From: Chiloscyllium plagiosum
Lineage: Eukaryota
Direction: 5' to 3'
Assembly: GCF_004010195.1 (NCBI RefSeq)
Contig: NC_057749.1
Location: 17,744,203-17,780,089 of the forward strand
Length of the DNA stretch: 35,887 bases
Made by a program: the position numbers and the translations under genes. The notes under the pieces are model-generated. The model made no database searches. It worked only from the letters and a program-made list of their open reading frames with translations, and was not told the origin of the DNA. Position 1 is the stretch's first letter. The number at the start of each line of letters is the position of its first letter. Of the stretch, positions 21,725-33,119 are shown piece after piece.

Positions 21725-23791
21725 TGAAATAATTCCACAGAGGCCTGAATCCTGTTACCGAGTCCCCTTTTATTTTCATGGGGAGAGTCCTTGACACTGA
21801 TCCAGCTCCCTCAGACCCAGCTCTGAGTGAGCAGAACCTCTGACACTCCTGTTTTTAAATTTTTTTTATTTTTCTTCACAAATCCCCAGTTTTTTTTTTT
21901 AACCCCCACACTACCGCCTAACCGCAGTAGTGCTTATTTTACCCCCAGCACCCATGGTGTGTGTGTGCAGGTGTGAGACACAATGACAGACACAAGCTGC
22001 ACAACCCTTTATTCAATTTCCACCACCAGGAAGATAGGAAAACACCCGGGTGGCCAGTGACAAACACTGCCCTTCACATCACATCAAAGGGGCAATGCTG
22101 ACACTCCTGTTTTTGTTTTACTCCTGTTTGTTTGTTTATTTATTAATTAATTAATTAATTTATTTATTTATTTTCTTACACTCCTGATTTTTTTTTAAGG
22201 GCAATGCTGAGACTCCTGTTCATTTTTTTTTCTTTTTTTTATATTAACCCCCACACTACCGCCTAACTGCGGTAGTGCTTATTTTTCCCCAGTACCCATG
22301 GTGTGTGTGTGCAGGTGTGAGACACANNNNNNNNNNNNNNNNNNNNNNNNNNNNNNNNNNNNNNNNNNNNNNNNNNNNNNNNNNNNNNNNNNNNNNNNNN
22401 NNNNNNNNNNNNNNNNNNNNNNNNNNNNNNNNNNNNNNNNNNNNNNNNNNNNNNNNNNNNNNNNNNNNNNNNNNNNNNNNNNNNNNNNNNNNNNNNNNNN
22501 NNNNNNNNNNNNNNNNNNNNNNNNNNNNNNNNNNNNNNNNNNNNNNNNNNNNNNNNNNNNNNNNNNNNNNNNNNNNNNNNNNNNNNNNNNNNNNNNNNNN
22601 NNNNNNNNNNNNNNNNNNNNNNNNNNNNNNNNNNNNNNNNNNNNNNNNNNNNNNNNNNNNNNNNNNNNNNNNNNNNNNNNNNNNNNNNNNNNNNNNNNNN
22701 NNNNNNNNNNNNNNNNNNNNNNNNNNNNNNNNNNNNNNNNNNNNNNNNNNNNNNNNNNNNNNNNNNNNNNNNNNNNNNNNNNNNNNNNNNNNNNNNNNNN
22801 NNNNNNNNNNNNNGGATCTTTCTATGCATCCTATTAATTCACATTCCAAAATTACTGGTTATACTCTTTCAAGTCTGTCCTAGTCTTGCTTATCTCTAAG
22901 GACTGCTTGAATTCTGTTATTCATTGTGGTCCATGTGCTATCTCTCTGAAATTCTGTTCTTCCTCTTACATTTTCAACTGTCCCAATTATAAATTTAAAA
23001 CATACAAAAGACAGTTGATTTGAACTAGCTTCTGTAAGAGTAGTCGTATTAATTTCCCAATATCAAGTTAGTTGTACTTTTTAATTAATAAGTTATGAAC
23101 AATCTATTTCATTCAGGACATGCCAGGCCTGGGTCTAGTTAACATTTACATCTAGATTTAAATGTTTATTCCCTAATGCTTCTATTATACTTTAGTTATA
23201 TATGTATCTATAATTATGTTGAAATCTATTTCTATGATTATCTGAAGAATCTTTAACGAAAACCTATTTCTTAATATTGTGAATAACGTCAAAGAAATAA
23301 CTGATTACTACAAAATAACCTTAGCTGTTGTTTCATAGCTGTTTAATGAGTTAGGCTGACTGGTTTATGGGTTGAGATTTACACCCCTTGTTCGAACTGG
23401 TGATGCTAACGAATGGGACAACACCCTTTCATTAATGAGGCTAGAATTAATCACATGTCGTATTTTAATGAACTTGTGTCTTATCCTTAGATATCCTCTT
23501 AGCAAAGCATCTCGGAAAGTCACTTGTAGGGTCTCCTATTTAGCTTGTTCAAAGGTACCATTAAGTTTCGCTTAAATTTTTTTTTCCACCACCAGGAAGA
23601 TAGGAAAACACCCGGGTGGCCAGTGACAAACACTGCCCTTCACATCAAAGGGCAGTGCTGTGTGATCAAAACAGTGAGGAGGAGGGTAGGGACATCACTC
23701 CTGTTTATAGCTGTCAACCAGGGCTCCCTGATTGGATCAGGTTAACAGCCTAATCATACTGTATGAGGCTGACCTCATTCCAATCGCTACA
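21725..23791 (-). mobile_element. Solo LTR (about 225 bp net) split at its TATA box by nested insertions
   Basis: Minus strand starts TGTAGCG (23791), then CCAATCAGGGAGCCCTGG, TATAAACAGGAGTG and AATAAA, and ends ATTATTTCA (21725). A 5-bp TSD ACAAG lies at 21720-21724 and 23792-23796. Confidence 0.88.
21855..23695 (-). mobile_element. Second stack of Tx1-clade 3' ends and A-rich tails inside the LTR
   Basis: Units at about 21890-22098, 22222-22326 and 23577-23695. The target motif ACTCCTG(TTT) repeats at 21841-21854, 22099-22112, 22120-22129, 22178-22186, 22208-22220 and 23696-23706. Confidence 0.85.
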
Positions 23792-24729
23792 ACAAGATGA
23801 CAGTGTACATGAACACACACTGACCTGTCTCAGCACAACAAAATAGGTGATGCCTGTTCTCAGTTTTTTTCCTCAGGCAAAGCTTTGACCAATCGTTTAG
23901 AATTTAAATTGTTTAGAATTTAAGCAAAGTTTGGCAGTTAACTGTCAGTCATCATTAACTGGAGCATTCTCTGTGGCAACAACTGTACCAATTAGAGTTC
24001 ACTTTCCAGCCAGTCGGTGCTCACCTCTCAAATGATATAAATGCTGTTTTCCCTTTATGTCCCTTTGATGAATAGCATCTCTTTACAACAGTGACCATTT
24101 GCAGTATCAGGAAAGTTCCTCTGGTGTCTGAGGGACATTCGTCTCTGAACGAACACCAGCTGCAGTGGACTCCCCTGGTTATTCCGATCCTCTCTCCGGG
24201 ACTTTCCTGATTGTGTACAGTCTAGCTGTTGTGTCTGTGACTATTGCACCCACACTCCAAATGGAGTCCATTACACATTAGGACTTCCAAGTTTAAATCC
24301 TTGACTGATCTCTGTACCTTTCCCCATCCCTCATCCTATTTCAACCAGTGATGAGGCAATACAAAATCAAGGATCAGAACATGAACCAGGAATTGAAATG
24401 GAGACACCCAACTACTTTATATATGTGCATCGGCTGCTTTAAGGATCATAACCCTTCAGTTCCTCTTGCGAGAAATAAACTCCTTAAGTTCTTACACAGA
24501 CAGAACAATTACTCTGAGACCAGAGCCTGAGGTAACATTATGTTTTTTTCTCTCTGATCCTGCCAATGTGTGTCCATTGAGTCTCTGATCACCACCTACA
24601 TCAAACCTTCATTGTTCTACATTCGCAATCTTACAGCTTCATTTAGACACTCAAATTAAGTGTCCTTTGAGGCATTTGTGAACAGACCTATCTCTATGTC
24701 AAGCAGAAATGAAATAATCATATTTATTT

Positions 24730-25600
24730 GTCATACCTATTGTCATAACTTTGTGGTGTCCCACTAGTTTTTGCTAAATTCTTGACTGGATAGTCTCCTT
24801 GACTGCCTGAGTTAACCATGGATGATTCATCCTTCTCAATGCGCCCTTCTTTTAGAATGGGATACATTTTTGCTGAGCATTCTAAAATACCTCTCTCATC
24901 CACTGCTCATCCACTGACCTTCCCCTTTGCCTATTTTCCTGACCTGCTTTTGACAACTCTTTCTCCATACTGCTGTGATTGTCCTTCTTTACATTGAGGT
25001 CACTGGTTTAAGACTTGAGTTGCTGTCCCTCAGACTGAATTTAAAATGTTTACATATTGTGATTGCTAGCCCCAGGGGATTCTTAACTGTGAGATCTCTT
25101 ATTAGTCTATCTCATTACACATCACTCGACCAAAATTAGCCCGTTCTTGAGTTGGTTGTATAATATACTTCTTGCCTAAATGATTTGTCCAGTCAATATG
25201 CAGGTTAAAGTCACCTGGCAAATGTGGTGTCTTTCTTATACACCTCCATTATTTCCTGATTTATGCTTCGTTCCATAGTGAGGTAGCTTTTTTAGGGGTG
25301 TATGGATGACTTCTTTCCCTTACTACCTCCACTCAAACTGATTCCAAATCATGATCTATTGCACCAATGTCACCGCTCACCACCACACTGATAATCTTCA
25401 TTACTGACAGAGCCACTCCACCTCCTTTTCCTTTATGTCTGTCTTTCATGATATTGAATCCCCTTGACTATTGAGTTCCCAGTTTTGGTCAACCTGCAAC
25501 CATGTCTCTGCAATAACTATCAAGTCATGGTCAATTATTTCTATTGTTGTATGGCTCGCCCATCTTGCTACAATGTTATGCACAAGGAATTAAAGTCAAA
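24730..25600 (-). mobile_element. Old, fragmented CR1-like ORF2 5' (endonuclease) region
   Basis: Patchy resemblance to antisense CR1 ORF2 (TTAACCATGGATG..., GCCACTCCACCTCCTTTTCC, CAACCATGTCTCTGCAATAACT); no open frame. Confidence 0.45.
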
Positions 25601-25692
25601 TCCTCTGTGTGATAGGGAAGGGATTTTTCTCAGTTGTGATGAAGGATCACCAGACCCGAAACATTCTCTCCACAGATGCTGCCAGAGCTTTT

Positions 25693-25998
25693 TAGATTAG
25701 ATTAGATTCCCTACGGTGTGGAAACAGGCCCTTCAGCCCAACCAGTTCACATCGACCCTCCAAAGAGTAACCCACCCAGACCCATTTCCCTTTGACTAAT
25801 GAACCTAACACTATGGGCAGTTTAGCATGCCCAATCCACCCTGACCTGCACATCTTTGGACCGTGGGAGGAAACCGGAGCACCTGGAGGAAACCCACACA
25901 GACACGGGGAGAATGTGCAAACTCCACACAGACAGTCGCCCAAGGCTGGAATCGAACCTGGGACCCTGGTGCTATGAGGCAGCAGTGCTAACCACTGA
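25693..25998 (-). mobile_element. HE1-type V-SINE inserted in a short Penelope-derived remnant (about 25633-26032)
   Basis: (ATTAG)n tail and full reverse-complement match to 4633-4947. The flanks GTGATGAAGGATCACCAGACCCGAAAC...CACAGATGCTGCCAGA and TGCTGAACTTTTC read as one interrupted element. Confidence 0.88.
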
Positions 25999-26257
25999 GT
26001 TGCTGAACTTTTCTTGCAATTTCTGTTTTTGTAAGTGATTTGTCTCTCTGTGTGTGAAGTTTGGGATTAATGGAATTTTATTTTAATACATTATGTATGT
26101 ATATATGTAATATCATTATTTTGGTTTATTCCATGTAATTTTCACTTCTTTTGCACATCAAACCTTCGTTTTATTGTTACAACTGAATTTGTGGCATAGT
26201 TTGCTTGCGTTTCAGTGAAAGATCACCTTATTAAAACCAAAATGCAAAATATGATCA

Positions 26258-27025
26258 TTCCATACACGTACCACCCTCATGTGAAAAAGTTGCCCCTTAG
26301 GTCTCTTTTATATCTTTCCCCTCTCACCCTAAACCTATGCCCTCTAGTTCTGGACTCCCCCACCCCAGGGAAAAGACTTTGTCTATTTATCCTATCCATG
26401 CCCCTCATGATCTTATACATCTCTATAAGGTCACCCCTCAGCCTCCGACGCTCCAGGGAAAACAGCCCCAGCCTGTTCCGCCTCTCCCTATAGCTCAAAT
26501 CCTCCAACCCTGGCAACATCCTTGTAGATCATTTATGAACTCTTTCAAGTTTCACAACATCTTTCAGTTAGGAAGGAGACCAGAATTACTCGCAATATTC
26601 CAACAGTGGCCTGACCAATGTCCTGTACAGCCACAACATGACCTCTCAAATCCTATACTCAGTACTCTGATCAATAAGAGAAAGCATACCAAACACCTTC
26701 TTCCTATCCTACTCTCTGTTCAAGGAGCTAAGAACCTGCACTCCATGGTCTCTTTGTTCAGCAACACCCCCTAGGACCTTACCATTAATGTGTAAGTCCT
26801 GCTAAGATTTGCTTTCCCAAAATGCAGCACCTCACATTTATCTGAATTAAACTCCATCTGCCACTTCTTAGCCCATTGGCCCATCTGGTCAAGATCCTGT
26901 TGTAATCTGAGGTAACCCTCTTAGCTGTCCACTACACCTCCAATTTTGGTGTCATCTGCAAACTTACTAACTGTACCTCTTATGCTCACATCCAAATCAT
27001 TTATATAAATACGAAAAGTAGTGGA
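26258..27025 (-). mobile_element. CR1 LINE ORF2 3' half fragment
   Basis: Peptide MLPGLEDLSYRERRNRLGLFSLERRRLRGDLIEMYKIMRG...TRGHRFRVRGER; the RT motif KFADDTK is encoded by TTTGGTGTCATCTGCAAACTT at about 26945-26966. Confidence 0.92.
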
Positions 27026-27085
27026 AACTTTGCTTTAATAAAAATTGCATGTATTCCATTGTTAGGGCTGCCTTGGATTTTTGAT

Positions 27086-27208
27086 GACGTGGCGGTGCCA
27101 GTGTTGGACTAGGGTGGACAAAGTCAGAAATCATACGACACCAGATCATAGTCCAACAGGTTTATTTAAAATCCCAAGTTTTTGGAGTGCTGCTCCTTCA
27201 TCAGGTGG
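27086..27208 (-). mobile_element. Penelope-derived short element (family of 8114-8304)
   Basis: GTGGCGGTGCCAGTGTTGGACT...GCTGCTCCTTCATCAGGT, colinear with 8117-8242. Confidence 0.7.
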
Positions 27209-27454
27209 AGTCACAATGAAGCCAACCGACATGGGAAATTAAGAATAAATAATTGTTTGCCGCCTTTGTCTTTTCCTGCCACACTCTGATCATTATTTCT
27301 CTTTTTTACTACCGTATTCTTTATGTTTTATCTTCTTTATTCAGTTCATTGCATCTTCCCAAGTTTGTTCACTCACGCCCACAATCTAATTTCAAGTTCT
27401 CTCCACTCACTGGGATATACAACCTGCCAACATCTCAACCTGCATAACTGAAAG

Positions 27455-27660
27455 AGAAATGGGAGAGGGGTGGAGTTGCATGGAGGTGGCTGGGAAAGTG
27501 ATAGGTGGATGAAGGTGAGGGAGAAGGTATAAGTCGGGGGGGGTGCAGTGATGGATGGGTCCAGAGGGCGGTGCCGAGTTGGAGGCTTGGGACTGGGATA
27601 ATGTGGGGGTGGGGAAATGAGGAAGCTGTGGAAATCCACATTCATCCCATGTGGTTGCAG
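27455..27660 (-). mobile_element. Penelope-like element, end of the GIY-YIG ORF and 3' region
   Basis: Minus peptide LQPHGMNVDFHSFLISPPP resembles the PLE endonuclease C-terminus (PxGxN motif), followed by pyrimidine-rich sequence. Confidence 0.65.
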
Positions 27661-27804
27661 CCCCCACTTTCTCCTTCAGACAGATTGGTCAGATGAGGTC
27701 AAGATGAGGGAATCACTGGGAAACATCATTTGATTACCTGTATCCTTGTCACTGCTCCCTAGCAGTGACAAAGTCATCCTGTCACATATCTTTTTGTAAT
27801 CATA

Positions 27805-28075
27805 TTTTTAAGGTGAGAGGAGAAGGATTTTAAAAAAGACACAATGGACAATTATTTTACACACAGAGTGGTTAGTGTGTGGAATGAATTTCCAAAGGAA
27901 AAGGTGGATGAGGGTTATAGTTGCAACATTTAAAAGACATTTGGATAAATACATGACTAAGGAATTTTCGGAGGGATATGAGCCAGGAGCAGTTAAGTGG
28001 GGTGAGTTTAGTTTGGCTGTATGGTCAGCATGGGCTGGTTGGTTTCCGTGCTGTATGACTCTATAACTCTATGAT
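27805..28075 (+). mobile_element. CR1 LINE 3' end
   Basis: TTTAAGGTGAGAGGAGAA...ACACAGAGTGGT...TGGAATG and tail GCTGTATGACTCTATAACTCTATGA. Confidence 0.85.
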
Positions 28076-28619
28076 TAGCTTTGAATTCACTTTACTGCCT
28101 GTGTTTAACATACATGGGAACGCTGCTCTCGAACGTTTTTCCACCCTCCAGAACAGTTTATAAAACTTGTCATATGTACTCAAGTGAGTACGGTAAAACA
28201 GTCACATGTTGCTGCTTTAGCATGATCTTAGTTAGAAGGTACCAAGGCACAGGTTCTTTCGTACCTGTTCTTAGGGAAAAAAAATTAGAAAAATGAAGAA
28301 ATAACAAGCCCAGCATAACTGATTGTAGGAATAAATTAGGATTATAGAGAAATAAAAAGTTCCGAACAATAGTCTTTCTAACCCAGTCAATGCTAGAGCC
28401 TAGCCTCCAGACTGGGTCAGGCTTCACCTTAAGGTTCAGGGGACCGCTCTGGAATCACCTCAAGGCTGGAAGTCCACACTGAGGCCAGACTGGTCCGGAA
28501 GGCTGTCACGTGCCACTGAGAGACTGCCACACCGGGTCAGTGCTGAGACAGAGTGTCCAAGACCGAGACAAGAAGAAAGACCTGTCGTACGTTTTGGTGA
28601 ACAGTCTCTCAGTCCTAAT

Positions 28620-28824
28620 CGAGGAGAAAGTGAGGTCTGCAGATGCTGGAGATCAGAGCTGAAAATGTGTTGCTGGAAAAGCACTGCAGGTCAGGCAGCA
28701 TCCAGGGAACAGGAGAATCGACATTTCGGGCATAAGCCCTTCTTGGGCTTATGCCCGAAACGTCGATTCTCCTGTTCCCTGGATGCTGCCTGACCTGCTG
28801 CGCTGTTCCAGCAACACATTTTCA
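28620..28824. mobile_element. Fold-back Penelope-derived element
   Basis: Near-perfect inverted arms at about 28660-28739 and 28745-28824; 13-bp TSD TCTCAGTCCTAAT at 28607-28619 and 28825-28837. Confidence 0.85.
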
Positions 28825-28955
28825 TCTCAGTCCTAATGCCAGGCCACTACTTTACTGAAAATAAATTTTCCCAAAAGTTTGTTGCAACCTTTTCTAAACG
28901 CTATTACTATCATTGCTACTCTGAACTTCCTTCAGTGAGATTCTAAATTTTTTTT

Positions 28956-29203
28956 TAGATTAGATTTCTTACAGTGTGGAAACAGGCCCTTTGACCCAAC
29001 AAGTCCACACCGACCCCTCTGAAGAGCAACCCACCCAGACCCATTCCCCTACATTTACCCCTTCACCTAACACTACGGGCAATTTAGCATGGCCAATTCA
29101 CCTGACCCGCACATCTTTGGACTGTGGGAGGAAACCGGAGCACCCGGAGGAAACCCACACAGACACGGGGAGAATGTGCAAACTCCATACAGACAGTTGC
29201 CTG
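28956..29203 (-). mobile_element. HE1-type V-SINE, 5'-truncated
   Basis: TTAGATTAGATT tail; reverse-complement match to 11585-11822. Confidence 0.88.
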
Positions 29204-30279
29204 CCAATTCATTTCAGATTTGAAACATCAACTTAGCTTCTCTCTCCACAGGCACGGCCAGACCTGCTGAGTTATCTCCAACACTTTCTGCTTTTATTTC
29301 AGATTTCCAGTTTCTGCAGCATTTCATTTTTATCCCACTCTATTGTCACCCTGGTTTAGAACTCTAAATCTTTCACCTTAATTCCTCAGCCTTTCGGTCC
29401 AAAATCCTCACCGCTTCCCCAGGGTTCATTCATTTAAATCAATCTCAATAAAATTTATTTCTCTTGCCCCCAACTAATCCTCTCATAGAACCCAATGCAG
29501 CTGAAAAACACTGAAAGACTGTTATAGATTTGAAAAACTTGAAATTATAAAAGCAAAAATGAGATTCTTTGCAAATAGTCAGAAGAAACATTTATTCAGT
29601 ATGTAAGACAGCAGTCAGATGCTTTTCATCAGAAAGTGACAGAAATTAGATGAAGAATTCTCATTGTATCTGATGGTAATGACAACAGTTATTACCCTCG
29701 AGAGCTGCTACTTCACAATACCTTACCAGGCCTGATGTTTCAAATGGAACCAAATGCAAATTGCAGAACACAGTTAATTTATGATCAATCAGCAGATTTT
29801 ACAAACAGAGAGACACCTTGAAGTGGATGTAACAATTTAAATTGTTCCTAAATGTTACAAGGGGGATGTAATATATGAGACTATATCAAATAGGAATTGA
29901 GGGGAAGCTGGTCAGAGAATCCCAATAAGTTCCAACCCAGAATCACCCCATTCTGAACATCATCGACATCAGCCTGCATTTCTATAATCACCGAGAAATG
30001 CTGGGAATCTGAAATTGAAACAAAACGCTGGAGAAACTCAGCAGGTCCAGCAACATCCATGGAGAGAGAAATTGTGTTAAAGTTTCAAGTCCAATGACTC
30101 TTCTCCAGAACTGATAGATTTTCTATAAAACTGCTTCACAGGTTTCTCTATATTGACTTGTCTCAGTCCTCCCTCTCTCTGTCTCTGTCTCTCTCTGTCT
30201 CTATCTCTCTCTCTCCCTGACACTGACTGGTTTCTCCCTCTTTCCTTCCCCCCATTCCTCGACCTCCCCCCAACTCTCA

Positions 30280-30749
30280 GGGTGATATCTGTACACTGAC
30301 TGATGTCTGTCAGTCCCCTTCTCTCTTAGGGAGATATCTGTACACTGACCGGTGTCTCTCAGTCCCCTCACTCACTCAGGGAGGTATCTGTACACTGACT
30401 GGGGTCTCTCAGTTCCCTCACTCACTCAGGGAGGTATCTGTACACTGACTGGTGTCTCTCAGTCCCCCACTCACTCAGGGAGGTATCTGTACACTGACTG
30501 GGGTCTCTCAGTTCCCTCTCTCTCTCAGGGAGGTATCTGTACACTGACTGGTGTCTCTCAGTCCCCTCACTCACTCAGGGAGGTATCTGTACACTGACTG
30601 GGGTCGCTCAGTTCCCTCACTCTCTCAGGGAGATATCTGTACACTGACCAGTGTTTCTCAGTCCCCTCACTCACTCAAGGAGGTATCTGTACACTGACTG
30701 GGGTCTCTCAGTTCCCTCACTCTCTCAGGGGGATATCTGTACACTGACT
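30280..30749. repeat. 50-bp minisatellite, about 9 units
   Basis: Unit GG(T/G)GTCTCTCAGT(C/T)CCCTCACTCACTCAGGGAGGTATCTGTACACTGACT; a degenerate continuation follows at about 32184-32265. Confidence 0.95.
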
Positions 30750-32183
30750 GTGAAACTGAATAATTACTTCACATCAGTCTTCATGGTGGAAGACATGAGT
30801 AATATCCCAAACATTCAGGAGAGTGAAGGGGCAGAGCTGAGTATGGTGGCCATCAGCAAGGAGAAGGTGCTAGAAAACCTGAATGGCCTGTAGGTGGATA
30901 AATCACCTGGACCAGATGGACTACATCCCAGAGTTTAAAAGGAGATAGCTAAGGAGATAATGGAAGCATTAGTGGTGATCTTTCAGGAATTGCTAAAATC
31001 AGGGACAGTCCCAGAGGACTGGAAAATTGGTAATGTGACACCCCTGCTTCAAATGGGAGTAAGGTAAAGATGGAAAATTACAGACTGAGTAGCCTAACCT
31101 CAGTTGTGGGTAAGATCCTGAAATCCATTGTGAAGGATGAGATTTCTGAATACTTGGAGGTGTATGGCAAAATAGGGCAAAGTCAGCTTGGTTTCAGTAA
31201 GCTGACAGGTTAGGAGTGTGGGCAAAGAAGTGGCAGATGGAATAGAACATGACCTCACACTTTACCATGTTGTATTCCATCTGTGTGAGGTCATGTTCTT
31301 TGGTCAGAAGAATAGAAGCATGGACTATGTTCTAAATGGGGAGAAAATTCAGAAGTCTGAAGTGCAAAGAGACTTGGGAGTGCTAATCCAGGACTCTGTC
31401 AAAGTAAACCTGCAGGTTGAATCAGTAGTGGGGAAGGCAAATGCAATGTTGGCATTTATTTTGCGAGGACTTGAATATAAAAGCAGAGGTGTATTTCTGA
31501 GGCTCTATAATCTCTGGTCAGACCACATTTAGAGTATTGTGTGCAGTTTTGGGCCCCATATCTCAGGAAGGATATACTGGCCCTGGAGTGTGTTCAGAGG
31601 AGGTTCACAAGAATGGTTCCAGCAATGAGAAGTTTAACATATGAGGAATGTTTGAGGATTTATACTCGGTGGAGTTTAGAAGGATGAGAGGGAATCTAAT
31701 GGAAACATACAGAACACTGAATGGCCTGGACAGAGTAGATGTTGGGAAGATGTTTCCATTCTTTAACTTAAAAATGTGTTGCTGGAAAAACACAGCAGGT
31801 CAGGCAGCATCAAAGGAGCAGGAGAATTGACGTTTCCGGCATGAGCCCTTCTTCAGGAATCATCCTCCAAGATGTTTCCATTGGCAGGAGAGACTAAGAC
31901 CTGGGGCACAGCCTCAGAATAAAGGGAAGACCTTTTAGAACGGAGATAAAGAGAAACGTCTTCAGCCAGAGAGCGGTGAATCTATGGAATTCATTGCCAA
32001 AGGCCGCTATGGAGGCCAGGTGATTGAGTATATTTAACACTGAGATAGATAGGTTCTTGATTGTAAAAGGGATCACGGTTATGTGGTGAAAGCGGGGTGA
32101 AATTTATCAGCCTTGATTGAATGGCGGAGCAGACTTGATGGGCTGAATAGCCTAATCTCTGCTCCAATGTCTTTTGGTCTTAT
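30750..32183 (+). mobile_element. Decayed CR1 LINE (ORF2 with internal RT deletion, stops, 3' UTR)
   Basis: LNNYFTSVF...KSPGPDGLHPRV, then a jump at about 31200 to KKWQME, QRDLGV, KANAMLAFI and RRMRGNLMETYR; ends TCTTTTGGTCTTAT. Confidence 0.9.
31761..31868 (-). mobile_element. Short Penelope-derived insert within CR1
   Basis: Matches 28660-28745; minus CCTGAAGAAGGGCTCATGCCGGAAACGTC; 14-bp TSD AAGATGTTTCCATT at 31747-31760 and 31869-31882. Confidence 0.85.
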
Positions 32184-33119
32184 GGTGTCTCTCAGTCCCC
32201 TGTCAGGGAGATATTTATATGGTAACTGGCATCTCTCACTCTCTCTGCCTCTTGGAGATATCTCTATTGTAATGGGTTATATGTTTCTTTCTGCTGTTCC
32301 TTTCCTTTGTGGATAGAGAATGTTTGATGAGCAGTGAAGCCATGAGGAAATATTTTAATCAGAGATAAATTTGTCCAGTATGAACATCTGTAGTAAATGA
32401 AGCCTTTGTTGTGTTGCATGTCTAATGCTGTGACTTCGTTTTATGACAGAGTCTTATTGATTCACATCAAAGATTGGCATGCTCCTCTTTACAATTTTGG
32501 ATATTGTAATCTCGATGGTTTGATTCTCTTTCACTTTTATTTCTTGCTAGTGTACGTTTCTTGATCAAAATACATTTGAGAACCCAAGGGGAGGGAAAGG
32601 AGGAGGAAGAGGTACAACATTCTTGGCTGAGAAAATGTGACATTTCTTTGGCTTGCAGTTTTCATGAATAGCTTCAGGAAGATTTCCACTTGATTTTATT
32701 TTTGTTGTTTGGATCATCTGTTTGATTCTCCAAAAGTGATTGCTATATTTAGACTGAGTCGGAGCATTAGCATAGCGGTGTGTGCGATATGGCATTGGGG
32801 TGGGGGTGGGGTATGATTTGGGGACAGACGTAAATAAGGGCTTTGCAAAGTGTTTCTGATTGCTATGCAGGAATGTTCTTTCTAAAATTACAGTATTCTA
32901 GCCAAAAAGGATGAGATTAGACCCTGAGAATCCAATTCACAGTTCGACATAATGTGCGCAGACACATTCCGCTGGCTGGCAAAGTGAAAGGGAATTTACA
33001 GAAAGAAACCTTCCTCTTTCTCCGTGCTAACATCACCGTTCTCCCTTGAAGATGGTGACTCACAGAAACACCAGAATTGTTGAAAGATAAAGATTACAGT
33101 TTTGTTCTTGGTAGCCAGG

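Noticed and set aside
22256..22883. ORFs of 179-202 aa
   Set aside because: Almost entirely N-gap.
22814..23330. Minus-strand frame readable with TAA/TAG as Gln (ciliate-type contaminant), or a mitochondrial rRNA insert
   Set aside because: The stop count is about what AT-rich random sequence gives, a TGA still interrupts the frame, and I found no recognisable protein or rRNA motif.
30280..30749. CRISPR array or coding repeat
   Set aside because: No unique spacers; the 50-bp period is not a multiple of three.
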